Part shown: positions 1 to 8,820 of the stretch, in pieces
Position numbering within the stretch: the first letter of the stretch is position 1
Layout of the letters: the number at the start of each line of letters is the position of its first letter
Source of the DNA: an uncultured Gemmataceae bacterium
GTDB lineage: Bacteria; Planctomycetota; Planctomycetia; Gemmatales; Gemmataceae
Length of the DNA stretch: 64,000 bases
Direction: 5' to 3'
Assembly (NCBI GenBank): GCA_963750165.1
Contig: CAVVPN010000003.1
Span: 1,472,001 to 1,536,000, forward strand
Notes under the pieces: generated by a model
What the model was told of the DNA's origin: nothing
The model's database searches: none
The model's input: only the letters and a program-made list of their open reading frames with translations
Program-made: the position numbers and the translations under genes

Positions 1-2
1 CG

Positions 3-41
3 GCGGTGGAGTTGCTGGAGATCGTGGCTCCTGAACCATAG
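3..41 (+). CDS. 3' end of an upstream CDS (partial)
   Basis: Open frame AVELLEIVAPEP ends in TAG at 39-41, which overlaps the GGAGG RBS of the next gene. Confidence 0.4.
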   Translation, partial: AVELLEIVAPEP

Positions 42-51
42 GAGGTGCCCT

Positions 52-831
52 GTGCGATTGTTCCTCACCCTGGCAATTGTGATGACGGCGGCTGGGTTGG
101 TCCCGGCCAGCCCGCAGCAAAAACAGGACGACGCCAAACAGGCGCGAGCCCGGGTAGACGTGCAGAACCTGGAAAAGGCCGTCGCCGCCTACAAGGTGAA
201 AAACGGGACGTTTCCGCCCAGTCTGGAAGACCTCACCCAGGGCGACAAGCCGTTCGTGGAGCCCAAGGCGCTGCTAGACCCCTGGGGCCAACGGTACCAT
301 TACGACGCGGGCCGGTTGAACAAAAAGGGCATCCCCCACCTCTGGACAGAGGGGCCCAAGGGCGCCAAGGTCATCATCGGCAACTTCGAGCCCGGCGCGC
401 CGAAGCAGACCACCCTCTACCAGCGCCTCGGCGAAGAAAAGGGCATTGCGAAGATTGTCGATGACCTGGTCGAAATCGTCATCGCCGACCCGAAATACCG
501 CAAGGAACTCAAGGATCACTTCATCAAGGGCGACGTGAAGGCGCTGAAGCGCAAGCTGATCGACCAGCTCGGCGAGGCGACCGGCGGGCCGCAGAAGTAC
601 AAGGGCAAGAACATGAAGGACGCCCACAAGGGCATGAAGATCACCAACGACGACTTCAACGCGCTCATGGACGACGTCACCAAGGCGCTCGTCAAGAACA
701 AGGTCGAGGCGAAGGACCTGCGCGTCATCATCAAAATGCTGCAGAAGATGCGCCCGGATGTGGTCGAGGTGCCGGCGAAGTCGTCGCGGCTGGAGCGGCC
801 GACGCTGGAAAGGGCGCCGGCCGCGGCGTAG
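52..831 (+). CDS. Secreted fusion of a T2SS pseudopilin GspG-like C-terminal domain and a group I truncated haemoglobin
   Basis: Sec-type signal peptide; GspG-like LEKAVAAYKVKNGTFPPSLEDL...LLDPWGQRYHY; trHb1 motifs TLYQRLG...ATGGPQKYKGKNMKDAHKGMKIT with proximal His retained; GGAGG RBS. Confidence 0.8.
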   Translation: MRLFLTLAIVMTAAGLVPASPQQKQDDAKQARARVDVQNLEKAVAAYKVKNGTFPPSLEDLTQGDKPFVEPKALLDPWGQRYHYDAGRLNKKGIPHLWTEGPKGAKVIIGNFEPGAPKQTTLYQRLGEEKGIAKIVDDLVEIVIADPKYRKELKDHFIKGDVKALKRKLIDQLGEATGGPQKYKGKNMKDAHKGMKITNDDFNALMDDVTKALVKNKVEAKDLRVIIKMLQKMRPDVVEVPAKSSRLERPTLERAPAAA

Positions 832-891
832 AAAAACAGCAAGCTGCCCGCCAACCCCGCCCGCCGACAACATCCCCCCGGAGTCCGCCTC

Positions 892-2421
892 GTGTCCACG
901 ACCACCCCCGCCGTCACCGCCCCGCCCCCCGCGACCGGCCACCTCGGCTCGGTCACGCGCGTCCTGGTCATCGTCATCGCCTGCATCGGCTTCCTGTTCG
1001 ACACCTACGAACTGCTGATGTTTCCGGTGATCGGCTCGGACGCCATCGCCGAGCTGGAGTACCACAAGGGTGTCAGCAGCCTCACGCCCGCGGAGGCGGC
1101 CGGCGTCCGCTCCTGGGGCGGCCGCATGCTCTGGGCCGCGGCGCTGTCCGGCGGCGTCTTCGGCCTGCTCGGCGGCCTGCTGATCGACCGCCTCGGCCGC
1201 AAAACCATCATGGTCGCCAGCATCCTGGCGTACTCGCTGTCGCCGGTCGCGGCGGCGTTCAGCACGGAGCTGTGGCAATTGATCCTGTTCCGCTGCACCA
1301 CCTTCATCGGCGTCTGCGTCGAGATGGTAGCCGCGGTCACGTGGTTGACGGAGTTGTTCGAGGACAAGCGGACGCGCGAGCTGGTGATCGGCTGGACGTT
1401 GGCAACCGCGTCGCTGGGCGGCATTCTGGTGACGGAAGCGTATAACTGGATCGTGGAGGCCGCGCACGTGCCCGGCTCGCTGCCCGCCCTGCAGTTCCCC
1501 GGCGGCCACATGGCCGAAAACGTCGCCTGGCGCTTCACGTTGTTGACGGGGTTGATTCCGGGGGCAGCGATTCTATTGTTGATGCCCTTTGTCCCCGAGT
1601 CTGGCGTCTGGAAGCGCAAGAAGCAGGAAGGCACGTTGAAACGCGCCAGTTTCCGCGAACTCTTCTCGCCCGAGCTGCGGCGAACGACGCTTGTGACGAC
1701 GGTCCTGTCCGCGTGCGGTTACGCCGCGGCGTTCGGAGCGATTCAACTGACGCCGTTAATCATCGTCGCCGGGTTGCCCGACATTTCGCGGGAAGTCTCC
1801 GCTGCGACAAAGGGAGTGAAGACCGCCGAGGCCAAACTGAAGGCGGCCGGCGCGGACATCGCGAAACAGGAAGCCGCGCGTGCCCAGCTGGCGGAGGCCC
1901 GGAAAACCCAGGCGGAGGCGGCCCAGGACCTCAAGGCCCGCCGCGGCGACATTCAACGCTGGCAAGAACTCGGCGGCCTGACTGGGCGAATCCTGCTGGC
2001 AGCCCTGCTGTTGTTCGTGCCGAGCCGGTGGCTCATCCGTCTGTTTCTGATCCCGGGCGTAATCCTGTTACCCGTGACCTATTTCCAGCTCGTCCACCAG
2101 GATTACGTCATCTTCGCCACCGCCATCTTCTTCTGCGGACTGTTGACGGTGGCCCAGTTCAGTTTCCTGAGCGAATTTTTGCCAAAGGTGTTCCCGCTGC
2201 ACCTGCGCGGCACCGGCGGCAGTTTCTCGACGAATTTTGGCGGCCGGATGCTCGGCACGATGGCCGCGACGCTGAACACCGAATTCCTGTCGAAGCAGTT
2301 TTCCGGCACACCGCCGCACCAGGTGGCCATGGCAGCCGGCGTCATCGGCGGCACGGTCTACCTGATCGCGCTGCTGGCCACGTTCCTGCTGCCCGCGCCG
2401 CGGTTGGACGTGGAAAAATAG
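892..2421 (+). CDS. MFS transporter
   Basis: Multiple TM helices, motif A (GGLLIDRLGRK), FDTYE and SEFLPKVFPLHLRGTG. Confidence 0.9.
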   Translation: MSTTTPAVTAPPPATGHLGSVTRVLVIVIACIGFLFDTYELLMFPVIGSDAIAELEYHKGVSSLTPAEAAGVRSWGGRMLWAAALSGGVFGLLGGLLIDRLGRKTIMVASILAYSLSPVAAAFSTELWQLILFRCTTFIGVCVEMVAAVTWLTELFEDKRTRELVIGWTLATASLGGILVTEAYNWIVEAAHVPGSLPALQFPGGHMAENVAWRFTLLTGLIPGAAILLLMPFVPESGVWKRKKQEGTLKRASFRELFSPELRRTTLVTTVLSACGYAAAFGAIQLTPLIIVAGLPDISREVSAATKGVKTAEAKLKAAGADIAKQEAARAQLAEARKTQAEAAQDLKARRGDIQRWQELGGLTGRILLAALLLFVPSRWLIRLFLIPGVILLPVTYFQLVHQDYVIFATAIFFCGLLTVAQFSFLSEFLPKVFPLHLRGTGGSFSTNFGGRMLGTMAATLNTEFLSKQFSGTPPHQVAMAAGVIGGTVYLIALLATFLLPAPRLDVEK

Positions 2422-2496
2422 AACCCCAGGGACGGGCTATAATGATCGTGCCCGTGGTTCTGCCGCAAACGGCAGAAATTCAAGAATCCTGCTGCC

Positions 2497-3786
2497 ATGC
2501 GCATTGCCTACATCACCGCGGGCGCCGCCGGCATGTTCTGCGGCTCCTGCATGCACGACAACACGCTCGTGGCCACGCTGCGCGCCCAGGGCCACGACGC
2601 CCTGCTCATCCCGACCTACACGCCCATCCGCACCGACGAGCCTGATGTCAGCGACGCGCACATCTTCTTCGGCGGCATCAACGTCTATTTGCAGCAAAAA
2701 TTTTCGCTGTTCCGCCATACGCCGCGCTTCCTCGACCGCCTGCTCGACTTCCGGCCGCTGCTGCGCTGGGTGTCGCGCTTCGCGGTCAAGACGCAGGCCG
2801 AGGACCTGGGCGAACTGACGCTGTCGATGCTGCGCGGCGAGCACGGCCGGCAGCGCAAGGAACTGGACAAGCTGGTCCACTGGCTCGCCGACGACCTGAA
2901 ACCGGAACTCGTCAACCTGACCAACGTCATCCTGGCGGCGCTGGTGGCGCCGCTCAAGCGCCGGTTGAACATCCCCGTTTTGGGCACGCTGCAGGGCGAC
3001 GACATCTTCCTCGAATCGCTGCCGCCGCAGTACCACGGCGCCGCCCTCGATATGGTGCGCGAGCACTGCCGCGCCTTCGACGGCTTCATCGCCACCAGCG
3101 CCTATTACGCCGACTTCATGGCCGATTACCTGCAAATTCCGCGGCACAAGATCGACGTGATTCACCCGGGCCTGAACCTGCACGGCCACGGCGGGCCGCG
3201 GCCGGAGCGCAACGGCACGCCGCTGACGGTCGGTTATTTCGCCCGCATCTGCCCGGAGAAGGGCCTGCACCAGCTGGTGGACGCCTTCCGGCTGCTGCGA
3301 ACGGAAGCGGCGGCGCCGCCGTGCCGGCTGCGCGTCTCCGGCTGGCTCGGCGGCAACAACCAGCATTATTTCCAGGAACTGCAAAAACGCCTGCGCGACT
3401 GGGGCCTCGCGGACCAGGTGGAGCACGTCGAAGCGCCGGACCACGCCAGCAAGGTGCGCTTCCTGCAAAGCATCGACGTGCTCTCAGTGCCGACGACGTA
3501 CCGCGAGCCGAAGGGGCTGTACGTGCTGGAGGCGCTGGCGAACGGCACGCCGGTGGTGCAGCCGCGGCACGGCTCGTTCCCCGAACTGATCGAGGCGACG
3601 GGAGGCGGCCTCCTGGTGCAGCCGGACGACCCCGCGGACCTGGCACGCGGCCTGCGCGAGCTGCTCAGCGACCACAGACTGCGGGCGGACCTGGGCCGCA
3701 AGGGCCAGGCGGCGGTGCGCGAACGCTTCACGGCCGAGGCGATGGCCCAACAAACCGAGCAAGTCTATCGGAAATATCTGCCATGA
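2497..3786 (+). CDS. Glycosyltransferase family 4 (GT-B)
   Basis: ARICPEKG and EPKGLYVLEALANGTPVV GT4 signatures. Confidence 0.9.
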   Translation: MRIAYITAGAAGMFCGSCMHDNTLVATLRAQGHDALLIPTYTPIRTDEPDVSDAHIFFGGINVYLQQKFSLFRHTPRFLDRLLDFRPLLRWVSRFAVKTQAEDLGELTLSMLRGEHGRQRKELDKLVHWLADDLKPELVNLTNVILAALVAPLKRRLNIPVLGTLQGDDIFLESLPPQYHGAALDMVREHCRAFDGFIATSAYYADFMADYLQIPRHKIDVIHPGLNLHGHGGPRPERNGTPLTVGYFARICPEKGLHQLVDAFRLLRTEAAAPPCRLRVSGWLGGNNQHYFQELQKRLRDWGLADQVEHVEAPDHASKVRFLQSIDVLSVPTTYREPKGLYVLEALANGTPVVQPRHGSFPELIEATGGGLLVQPDDPADLARGLRELLSDHRLRADLGRKGQAAVRERFTAEAMAQQTEQVYRKYLP

Positions 3787-4199
3787 GTGAGCCGTTCCGC
3801 ACGTCGCGCCGTGTTGAGTTCGTGGACACGGACATGGCCGGCATCGTCCACTTCTCGAACTTTTTCCGCTGGATGGAGTCGGCGGAGCTGGACTTCCTGA
3901 AGGCGCGCGGCCTGACCTTCAAGTGGGAGCAGGACGGACTGGCGCTCGGGCTGCCGCGCGTGTCGGCGTCGTGCGACTACCTGAAGCCGGTGCGCTTCGA
4001 CGACACGCTGGACATCGCGGTGCTGCTGGAGAAGCTCGGCCGCACGTCGCTGACGTACGGCTTCGAGTTCAGCGTGCATGGCGAGCTGGTGGCGCGCGGC
4101 CGGCTCAGCTGCGTGTGCTGCCGCAGCCTGCCGGGCAACCGCCTGGAGCCGACCGAGATCCCCGCGGCGCTGCGGGCGAAGCTGACGACGCTCGCGTAA
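3783..4199 (+). CDS. Acyl-CoA thioesterase (4HBT/YbgC hotdog family)
   Basis: VEFVDTDMAGIVHFSNFFRWME motif; ATG at 3783 overlaps the upstream stop (ATGA). Confidence 0.9.
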   Translation: MSEPFRTSRRVEFVDTDMAGIVHFSNFFRWMESAELDFLKARGLTFKWEQDGLALGLPRVSASCDYLKPVRFDDTLDIAVLLEKLGRTSLTYGFEFSVHGELVARGRLSCVCCRSLPGNRLEPTEIPAALRAKLTTLA

Positions 4200-4214
4200 A
4201 GAGAAAAGAACCGT

Positions 4215-4496
4215 TCAGGCCGCGATCACCAGCCCTCTCGGGGCACCATTCCGGAGGAACGCCTTGACCGCATCGGACTCTCCGGCGGCGGCGTTCTCCA
4301 GGGTTTCGACCTCGCAGGGTCCCAGTACTTCGACGCCAAGGAGCAGGCCGTCCGGGTCGTAATCGGCGTTGACCACGCCGCCTTTGATTTCGCGCGTCCG
4401 CGCCACTTTCCCGTCCCGCACGCGCAGGTTTACGGCCATGATGCGGCCGCTCTCCTGGTCGAAGGAGGCTTCCAGGCGAAAATCAGGCTTGGTCAT
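4215..4496 (-). CDS. DUF2283-like small protein (putative antitoxin-type)
   Basis: 93 aa; VNADYDPDGLLLGVEVL motif; AAGGAG RBS upstream of the ATG at 4496. Confidence 0.65.
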   Translation of the reverse strand: MTKPDFRLEASFDQESGRIMAVNLRVRDGKVARTREIKGGVVNADYDPDGLLLGVEVLGPCEVETLENAAAGESDAVKAFLRNGAPRGLVIAA

Positions 4497-4625
4497 TCCC
4501 GGTCTCCTTTTCGGTTCGCCAGGTCGTGACGACGACGAGCTGCAAACGGCCGAGGCAGGACAACGCCGATCCTTCCCTCCCGAGCGATTGGGCTGTTGCC
4601 TGGAAGCGAAAAGCGGTAAGTAATG

Positions 4626-4674
4626 ACCCCGTTTACGTTTCGCGCACTGACAGCACGCGAAACGTAAACGGGGT
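4626..4674. repeat. Perfect 19-bp inverted repeat (REP-like palindrome)
   Basis: accccgtttacgtttcgcg (4626-4644) pairs with cgcgaaacgtaaacggggt (4656-4674). Confidence 0.8.
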
Positions 4675-4725
4675 TTGTTGTTAGTCGTCAATCCAGAACA
4701 ATCCCATTCACCAGCCCGTTCACCG

Positions 4726-5778
4726 TCACGATGCCGGATGGTTGAAGTCCACGACGTACGACCCGCCGGCGGTCACGTGGAGTGGCCGTGTCTGGTCCAT
4801 GGGCTGGCCATTCTGCGTCCAGTGGGCGCGCAACTGATAGGTGTACGACTGACCGGGCGTCAGCGGCGGCGACTGGTATTCGCGCTCTGCGCCGCGCTGG
4901 CGGGTCGGGCTGCCGTCGAACCAGACTTCCGCGTCTGGCGGCACGAGGATGCGGATGGCCGCGGTTGCCGGCGCCGTGGGCGCCGGGCTGACGGCCGGGT
5001 AACCGGTGCCCAGGTAGTACGGTTGATACCCCGTTGAGGAGTAGTAAGGGGTATAAGGGTAATAGCGCCTGTAGTAGGGCAGACCGTAGGACGCGCTACT
5101 GTAATAGGGCAGATAACCATAGCCAGGGACGTAGCCACCGTAGCCACCGTAGCCACCGTAGCCACCGTAGCCACCGTAACCACCGTAACCCAAACCATAG
5201 TCGCCGAAGCCGTCAAGTCCGTAGGAGCCAAGGCCGTAAAGGCCGCCATAGCCGAGAAGGCCGCCGTAGCCGAAGAGACCACCGTAGCCCAGGAGGCCAT
5301 AGCCCAGACCACCGTAGCCCAGACCACCGTAGCCCAGACCACCGTAGCCCAGACCACCGTAGCCCAGGCTGTACAGACCACCACCGTAATAACCATTGTA
5401 CACGGAGGTGCCGTAGCCAGTGTGAAGCCCCCCGCCGTGCAAGACACCGCCGCCACCGTGCAAGACACTGCCGCTGTGCAAGACACCGCCGCCACCGTGC
5501 AAGACACTGCCGCTGTGCAAGACACCGCCGCTGAACCCGCCGCCGTGGAAGCCACCGGCGTGGCCGACACCGCCGAAGCCGCCAGTGTGGCCGACACCGC
5601 CGAAGCCGCCAGTGTGACCGACACCGCCGAAGCCGCCAGCGTGGCCGACGCCGCCGAAGCCGCCAGCGTGGCCGCCGCCGTGCCCACCATGCTGGGCCAG
5701 ACTTGTCCCGGCGCCCACCAGCACCAGGACACCGGTGAGGAGACCCACACCGGCCATGCCAACCAATTGCCTGATCAT
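4726..5778 (-). CDS. Secreted Gly/Tyr/His-rich low-complexity protein with C-terminal TIGR03000 planctomycete domain (paralogue 1)
   Basis: Signal peptide ending SLA-Q; GGFGGVGH, GGVLH, GGLGY and GGY repeats; C-terminal VPPDAEVWFDG...YQSPPLTPGQSYTYQLRAHW; GGAGG RBS before ATG 5778. Confidence 0.85.
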   Translation of the reverse strand: MIRQLVGMAGVGLLTGVLVLVGAGTSLAQHGGHGGGHAGGFGGVGHAGGFGGVGHTGGFGGVGHTGGFGGVGHAGGFHGGGFSGGVLHSGSVLHGGGGVLHSGSVLHGGGGVLHGGGLHTGYGTSVYNGYYGGGLYSLGYGGLGYGGLGYGGLGYGGLGYGLLGYGGLFGYGGLLGYGGLYGLGSYGLDGFGDYGLGYGGYGGYGGYGGYGGYGGYVPGYGYLPYYSSASYGLPYYRRYYPYTPYYSSTGYQPYYLGTGYPAVSPAPTAPATAAIRILVPPDAEVWFDGSPTRQRGAEREYQSPPLTPGQSYTYQLRAHWTQNGQPMDQTRPLHVTAGGSYVVDFNHPAS

Positions 5779-5785
5779 AGTACCC

Positions 5786-5858
5786 CCTCCACGGGCGAAG
5801 CGCACAGCGGAAAATCAAAGCTCCGCCAGAGCTTGCCTCCTCCCTTTCGCTATTATAC
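5786..5858 (-). promoter_or_regulatory. Putative promoter (-10 TATAAT) and conserved 5' leader of paralogue 1
   Basis: GTATAAT at 5858-5852 and 15-mer CTGGCGGAGCTTTGA at 5829-5815; both recur at the same spacing upstream of paralogue 2. Confidence 0.55.
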
Positions 5859-6018
5859 GCAACGAGCTGTTCCACATTGTCCCGCAATGTCGATACGCCG
5901 CCAGAGTGCCAGGGCCCGCACCAGACATAAAGGCCATGGCCAGGCAGCACGTCCGCCTGAACGCCGGACGTACTGCCTGGCCGCTCGATTTTGAGGCAAA
6001 CCAACCACTGGGCCCAGG

Positions 6019-6933
6019 TCACGGGTTCGGGCTGTTGAAGTCCACGACGTACGACCCGCCGGCAGTCACCTGGAGCGACCGCGTCCGGTCCACGGGCTGG
6101 CCGTTCTTGGTCCAGTGAGCGCGCAACTGGTAGGTGAACGTCTGGCCGGGCGTCAGCGGCGGCGTCTGGTATTCGCGATCCGGGCCGCGCTGCTTGGTCG
6201 GACTGCCGTCGAACCAGACTTCCGCGTCCGACGGCACCAGGATGCGAATGGACGCGGCGGTCGTCGTCACGGGCGTCGGGCTGACGGTCGCGTAACTGGT
6301 GCTCGGGTAGTACGATTGATACCCCACTGCGGGGCTGTAGGTGGAGTAACTATAATAGCCGCCGTAGTAGGGCAGGCTGTAGGACGAGCCGTAATAGCTG
6401 TTATACGGATAACCGTAGCCGCCATAGTAGCCGTAGGACGGGTAACCGTAGCCATAGCCGCCAGAGCCGAGGCCGTAAAGGCCGCCAGAGCCGAGCAGAC
6501 CGCCGTAACCGAAGAGACCACCGTAGCCGAGGAGGCCATAGCCGCCATACCCCAGACCATAGCCGCCATACCCCAGACCATAGCCGTAGCCGCCATATCC
6601 CAGGCCGTAACCCCGGTTGTACAGATTGGTGCCGTAATAGCCCCGGTTGTACAGATTGGTGCCGTAATAGCCCCGGTTGTACAGGCCGCCGCGATAAATC
6701 CCCGTGTGGAGGGCACCGCCACGGAAAATCCCCGTGTGAAGGGCGCCGCCGCGGAAGCCGCCGCCGTGGAAGCCACCACCGTGGAAGCCACCCCCGTGGA
6801 AGCCGCCCCCGTGGAAGCCGCCGTGGCCGCCACCGTGCCCACCATGTTGGGCCAGGCTTGTCCCGGGGCCCACCAGCACCAGGACGCCGGCGAGCAACCC
6901 CGCGCCGGCCATGCCAATCACTCCCCTTCTCAT
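6019..6933 (-). CDS. Secreted Gly/Tyr/His-rich protein with TIGR03000 domain (paralogue 2)
   Basis: Signal peptide and C-terminal domain near-identical to paralogue 1; GGFHG, LYNRGYYGTN and GYGG repeats. Confidence 0.85.
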   Translation of the reverse strand: MRRGVIGMAGAGLLAGVLVLVGPGTSLAQHGGHGGGHGGFHGGGFHGGGFHGGGFHGGGFRGGALHTGIFRGGALHTGIYRGGLYNRGYYGTNLYNRGYYGTNLYNRGYGLGYGGYGYGLGYGGYGLGYGGYGLLGYGGLFGYGGLLGSGGLYGLGSGGYGYGYPSYGYYGGYGYPYNSYYGSSYSLPYYGGYYSYSTYSPAVGYQSYYPSTSYATVSPTPVTTTAASIRILVPSDAEVWFDGSPTKQRGPDREYQTPPLTPGQTFTYQLRAHWTKNGQPVDRTRSLQVTAGGSYVVDFNSPNP

Positions 6934-6940
6934 CTTCCGT

Positions 6941-7012
6941 CCTCCGCGGGCGAAGAACGTGGCGAAATGTCAAAGCTCCGCCAGCACTTACCTCAATCTA
7001 TTAGAATTATAC
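6941..7012 (-). promoter_or_regulatory. Putative promoter (-10 TATAAT) and conserved 5' leader of paralogue 2
   Basis: GTATAAT at 7012-7006; identical 15-mer at 6984-6970. Confidence 0.55.
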
Positions 7013-7340
7013 CCAGGGTAAGCGAACTCGGGTGTTTGGTTTATTGGTCCGGGAGGAACATCATCCTTGTTTCTGGAACCGCGCCCGGCACGGAATGTTC
7101 GTGATCGCCTGGCCACTGGCAGTGTCGGGCCTCGCAACTGAACGCCATCGCTTGCAGGGGATCGATTGCACTGCCCCTGCTTTTTGCTCCAGGATCCATT
7201 CGAGCCGGATCCATTTTTCCTGACGGGCCGCTTTTTTCGTTCCCATCGCGCGGCGATCGGTTACACTAAAACCGAACCCCACCACCGAAACTCCCCGCTC
7301 GCCGGGGCGCCAGCCCTACCGCGAAACGACCGAGGGTGCC

Positions 7341-8702
7341 ATGACGTGTCGTGCTGTTTTCTCGCTGATTCTGCTGTTGTTCGGCGGTTCGCTGGGCGCG
7401 GGCGAGAAGCCGCTCAAGATTGCCGTGTTTGAAGCCGACGTGACGCCGCCACTCGGAACACCGCTGTGCGATGGCCTCGTCCAGCCGGCCAGGGAAATCG
7501 TTGATCGGTTGTCAACGCGCGGCATCATCCTGTTCACCAACGACAAGCCCATCGTGCTGTGCGCCGTCGATTGGGTCGGCATCGGCAACCGCGGCCACAC
7601 CGCCTTCCGCGAAGCCATCGCCCGTGCCGGCGGCACCACGAAGGACCGTGTTTGCGTGCATTGCCTGCACCCGCACGACGCCCCCGGCTGCGACTTTGAA
7701 GCGGACGAATTGCTGCGCCCCTTCAAGCTCAATGGCAAACTCTTCGATCCCGTGTTCGCCCGCAAGGCGATTGAGCGAATCACCAGGGTGATCGAGAAGG
7801 CGGTGAAGAACCCGCGCACCGTTACTCACATCGGCGTCGGCAAGGCCAAGGTGATCGATGTCGCCTCCAACCGCCGCGTGATGGGGCCGGACGGCAAGGT
7901 GAAATACGTCCGCTACAGCTCGACGAAGGATGCGAAAATCCGCGCCGAGCCCGAAGGGGTGATTGACCCGTATGTCCACGTGCTGGCGTTTTATGATGGC
8001 GCCACGCCGGTTAGCGTGCTGACCTACTACGCCACGCATCCGCAAAGCTACTACGGCGGGGGCGGAGTGAGTTGCGATTTCCCCGGCCTGGCCCGCGGTC
8101 TGCGCGAACGGCAGCTGCCCGGCCCGTTGCACGTCCACTTCAACGGCGCCGGCGGCAACGTCACCGCGGGCAAGTACAACGATGGCTCGGTCCAGAACCG
8201 CATGGTCCTGGCGACGCGCCTGGCGAAGGGGATGAAGGAGGCCTTTGAGTCGATCAAGAAGGAGCCGATTGACGCCGCCAAGGTGTCCTGGCGCGTCACC
8301 AGCGCGGCACTGCCGCTCAGCAAGCTCTATAACACCACGGACCTCAAGGCCAAGGTCGCCGACGAGAAGCTGAAGGAACTGGACCGCCTGCGCGCCGCCC
8401 GCAATTACGCCTGGGCGCGGCGCTGTGAAGCGGGCGAAACCATCGATATGCAATGTCTGCAAATCGGCTCGGCCTACGTGCTGCACATGCCGGGCGAACT
8501 GTTCATTGAGTACCAGCTGGCCGCCCAGAAAATGCGTCCGAAATCCGCGGTGATGATGGCCGCGTATGGCGATTACGGCATGGGCTACATCGGCACCGCC
8601 ATCGCCTATACGCAGGGCGGCTACGAAACCGGCCCGGTGTCGCGCATGGCGCCGGAGGTGGAAGGCGTGTTGATGAAAGCGATGCGCGAACTGTTAAAGT
8701 GA
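7341..8702 (+). CDS. Secreted neutral/alkaline ceramidase-like metallo-amidohydrolase (planctomycete type)
   Basis: Signal peptide; ADVTPP, HCLHPHDAP, YYATHP, GAGGNV, PGELF and GGYE motifs. Confidence 0.7.
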   Translation: MTCRAVFSLILLLFGGSLGAGEKPLKIAVFEADVTPPLGTPLCDGLVQPAREIVDRLSTRGIILFTNDKPIVLCAVDWVGIGNRGHTAFREAIARAGGTTKDRVCVHCLHPHDAPGCDFEADELLRPFKLNGKLFDPVFARKAIERITRVIEKAVKNPRTVTHIGVGKAKVIDVASNRRVMGPDGKVKYVRYSSTKDAKIRAEPEGVIDPYVHVLAFYDGATPVSVLTYYATHPQSYYGGGGVSCDFPGLARGLRERQLPGPLHVHFNGAGGNVTAGKYNDGSVQNRMVLATRLAKGMKEAFESIKKEPIDAAKVSWRVTSAALPLSKLYNTTDLKAKVADEKLKELDRLRAARNYAWARRCEAGETIDMQCLQIGSAYVLHMPGELFIEYQLAAQKMRPKSAVMMAAYGDYGMGYIGTAIAYTQGGYETGPVSRMAPEVEGVLMKAMRELLK

Positions 8703-8710
8703 TTGCTTTC

Positions 8711-8778
8711 TGCCGCTTGCGGCTTGCGCGCTTCCGCCAAGCCGCAAGCGGCGGAAGCGCGCCAAGCCGCAAGCGGCA
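8711..8778. repeat. REP-like cluster (GCCGCTTGCGGCTT / AAGCCGCAAGCGGC)
   Basis: One forward and two inverted copies of the palindrome in the intergenic gap. Confidence 0.75.
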
Positions 8779-8820
8779 GAACCAGAAATCCTACCAACCC
8801 TACCCACCGGAGCTTATCGC

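Noticed and set aside
8699..8820. ORF-track N-terminus of the 1100-aa protein
   Set aside because: Translates a REP cluster; a proper signal peptide starts at ATG 8821 in another frame
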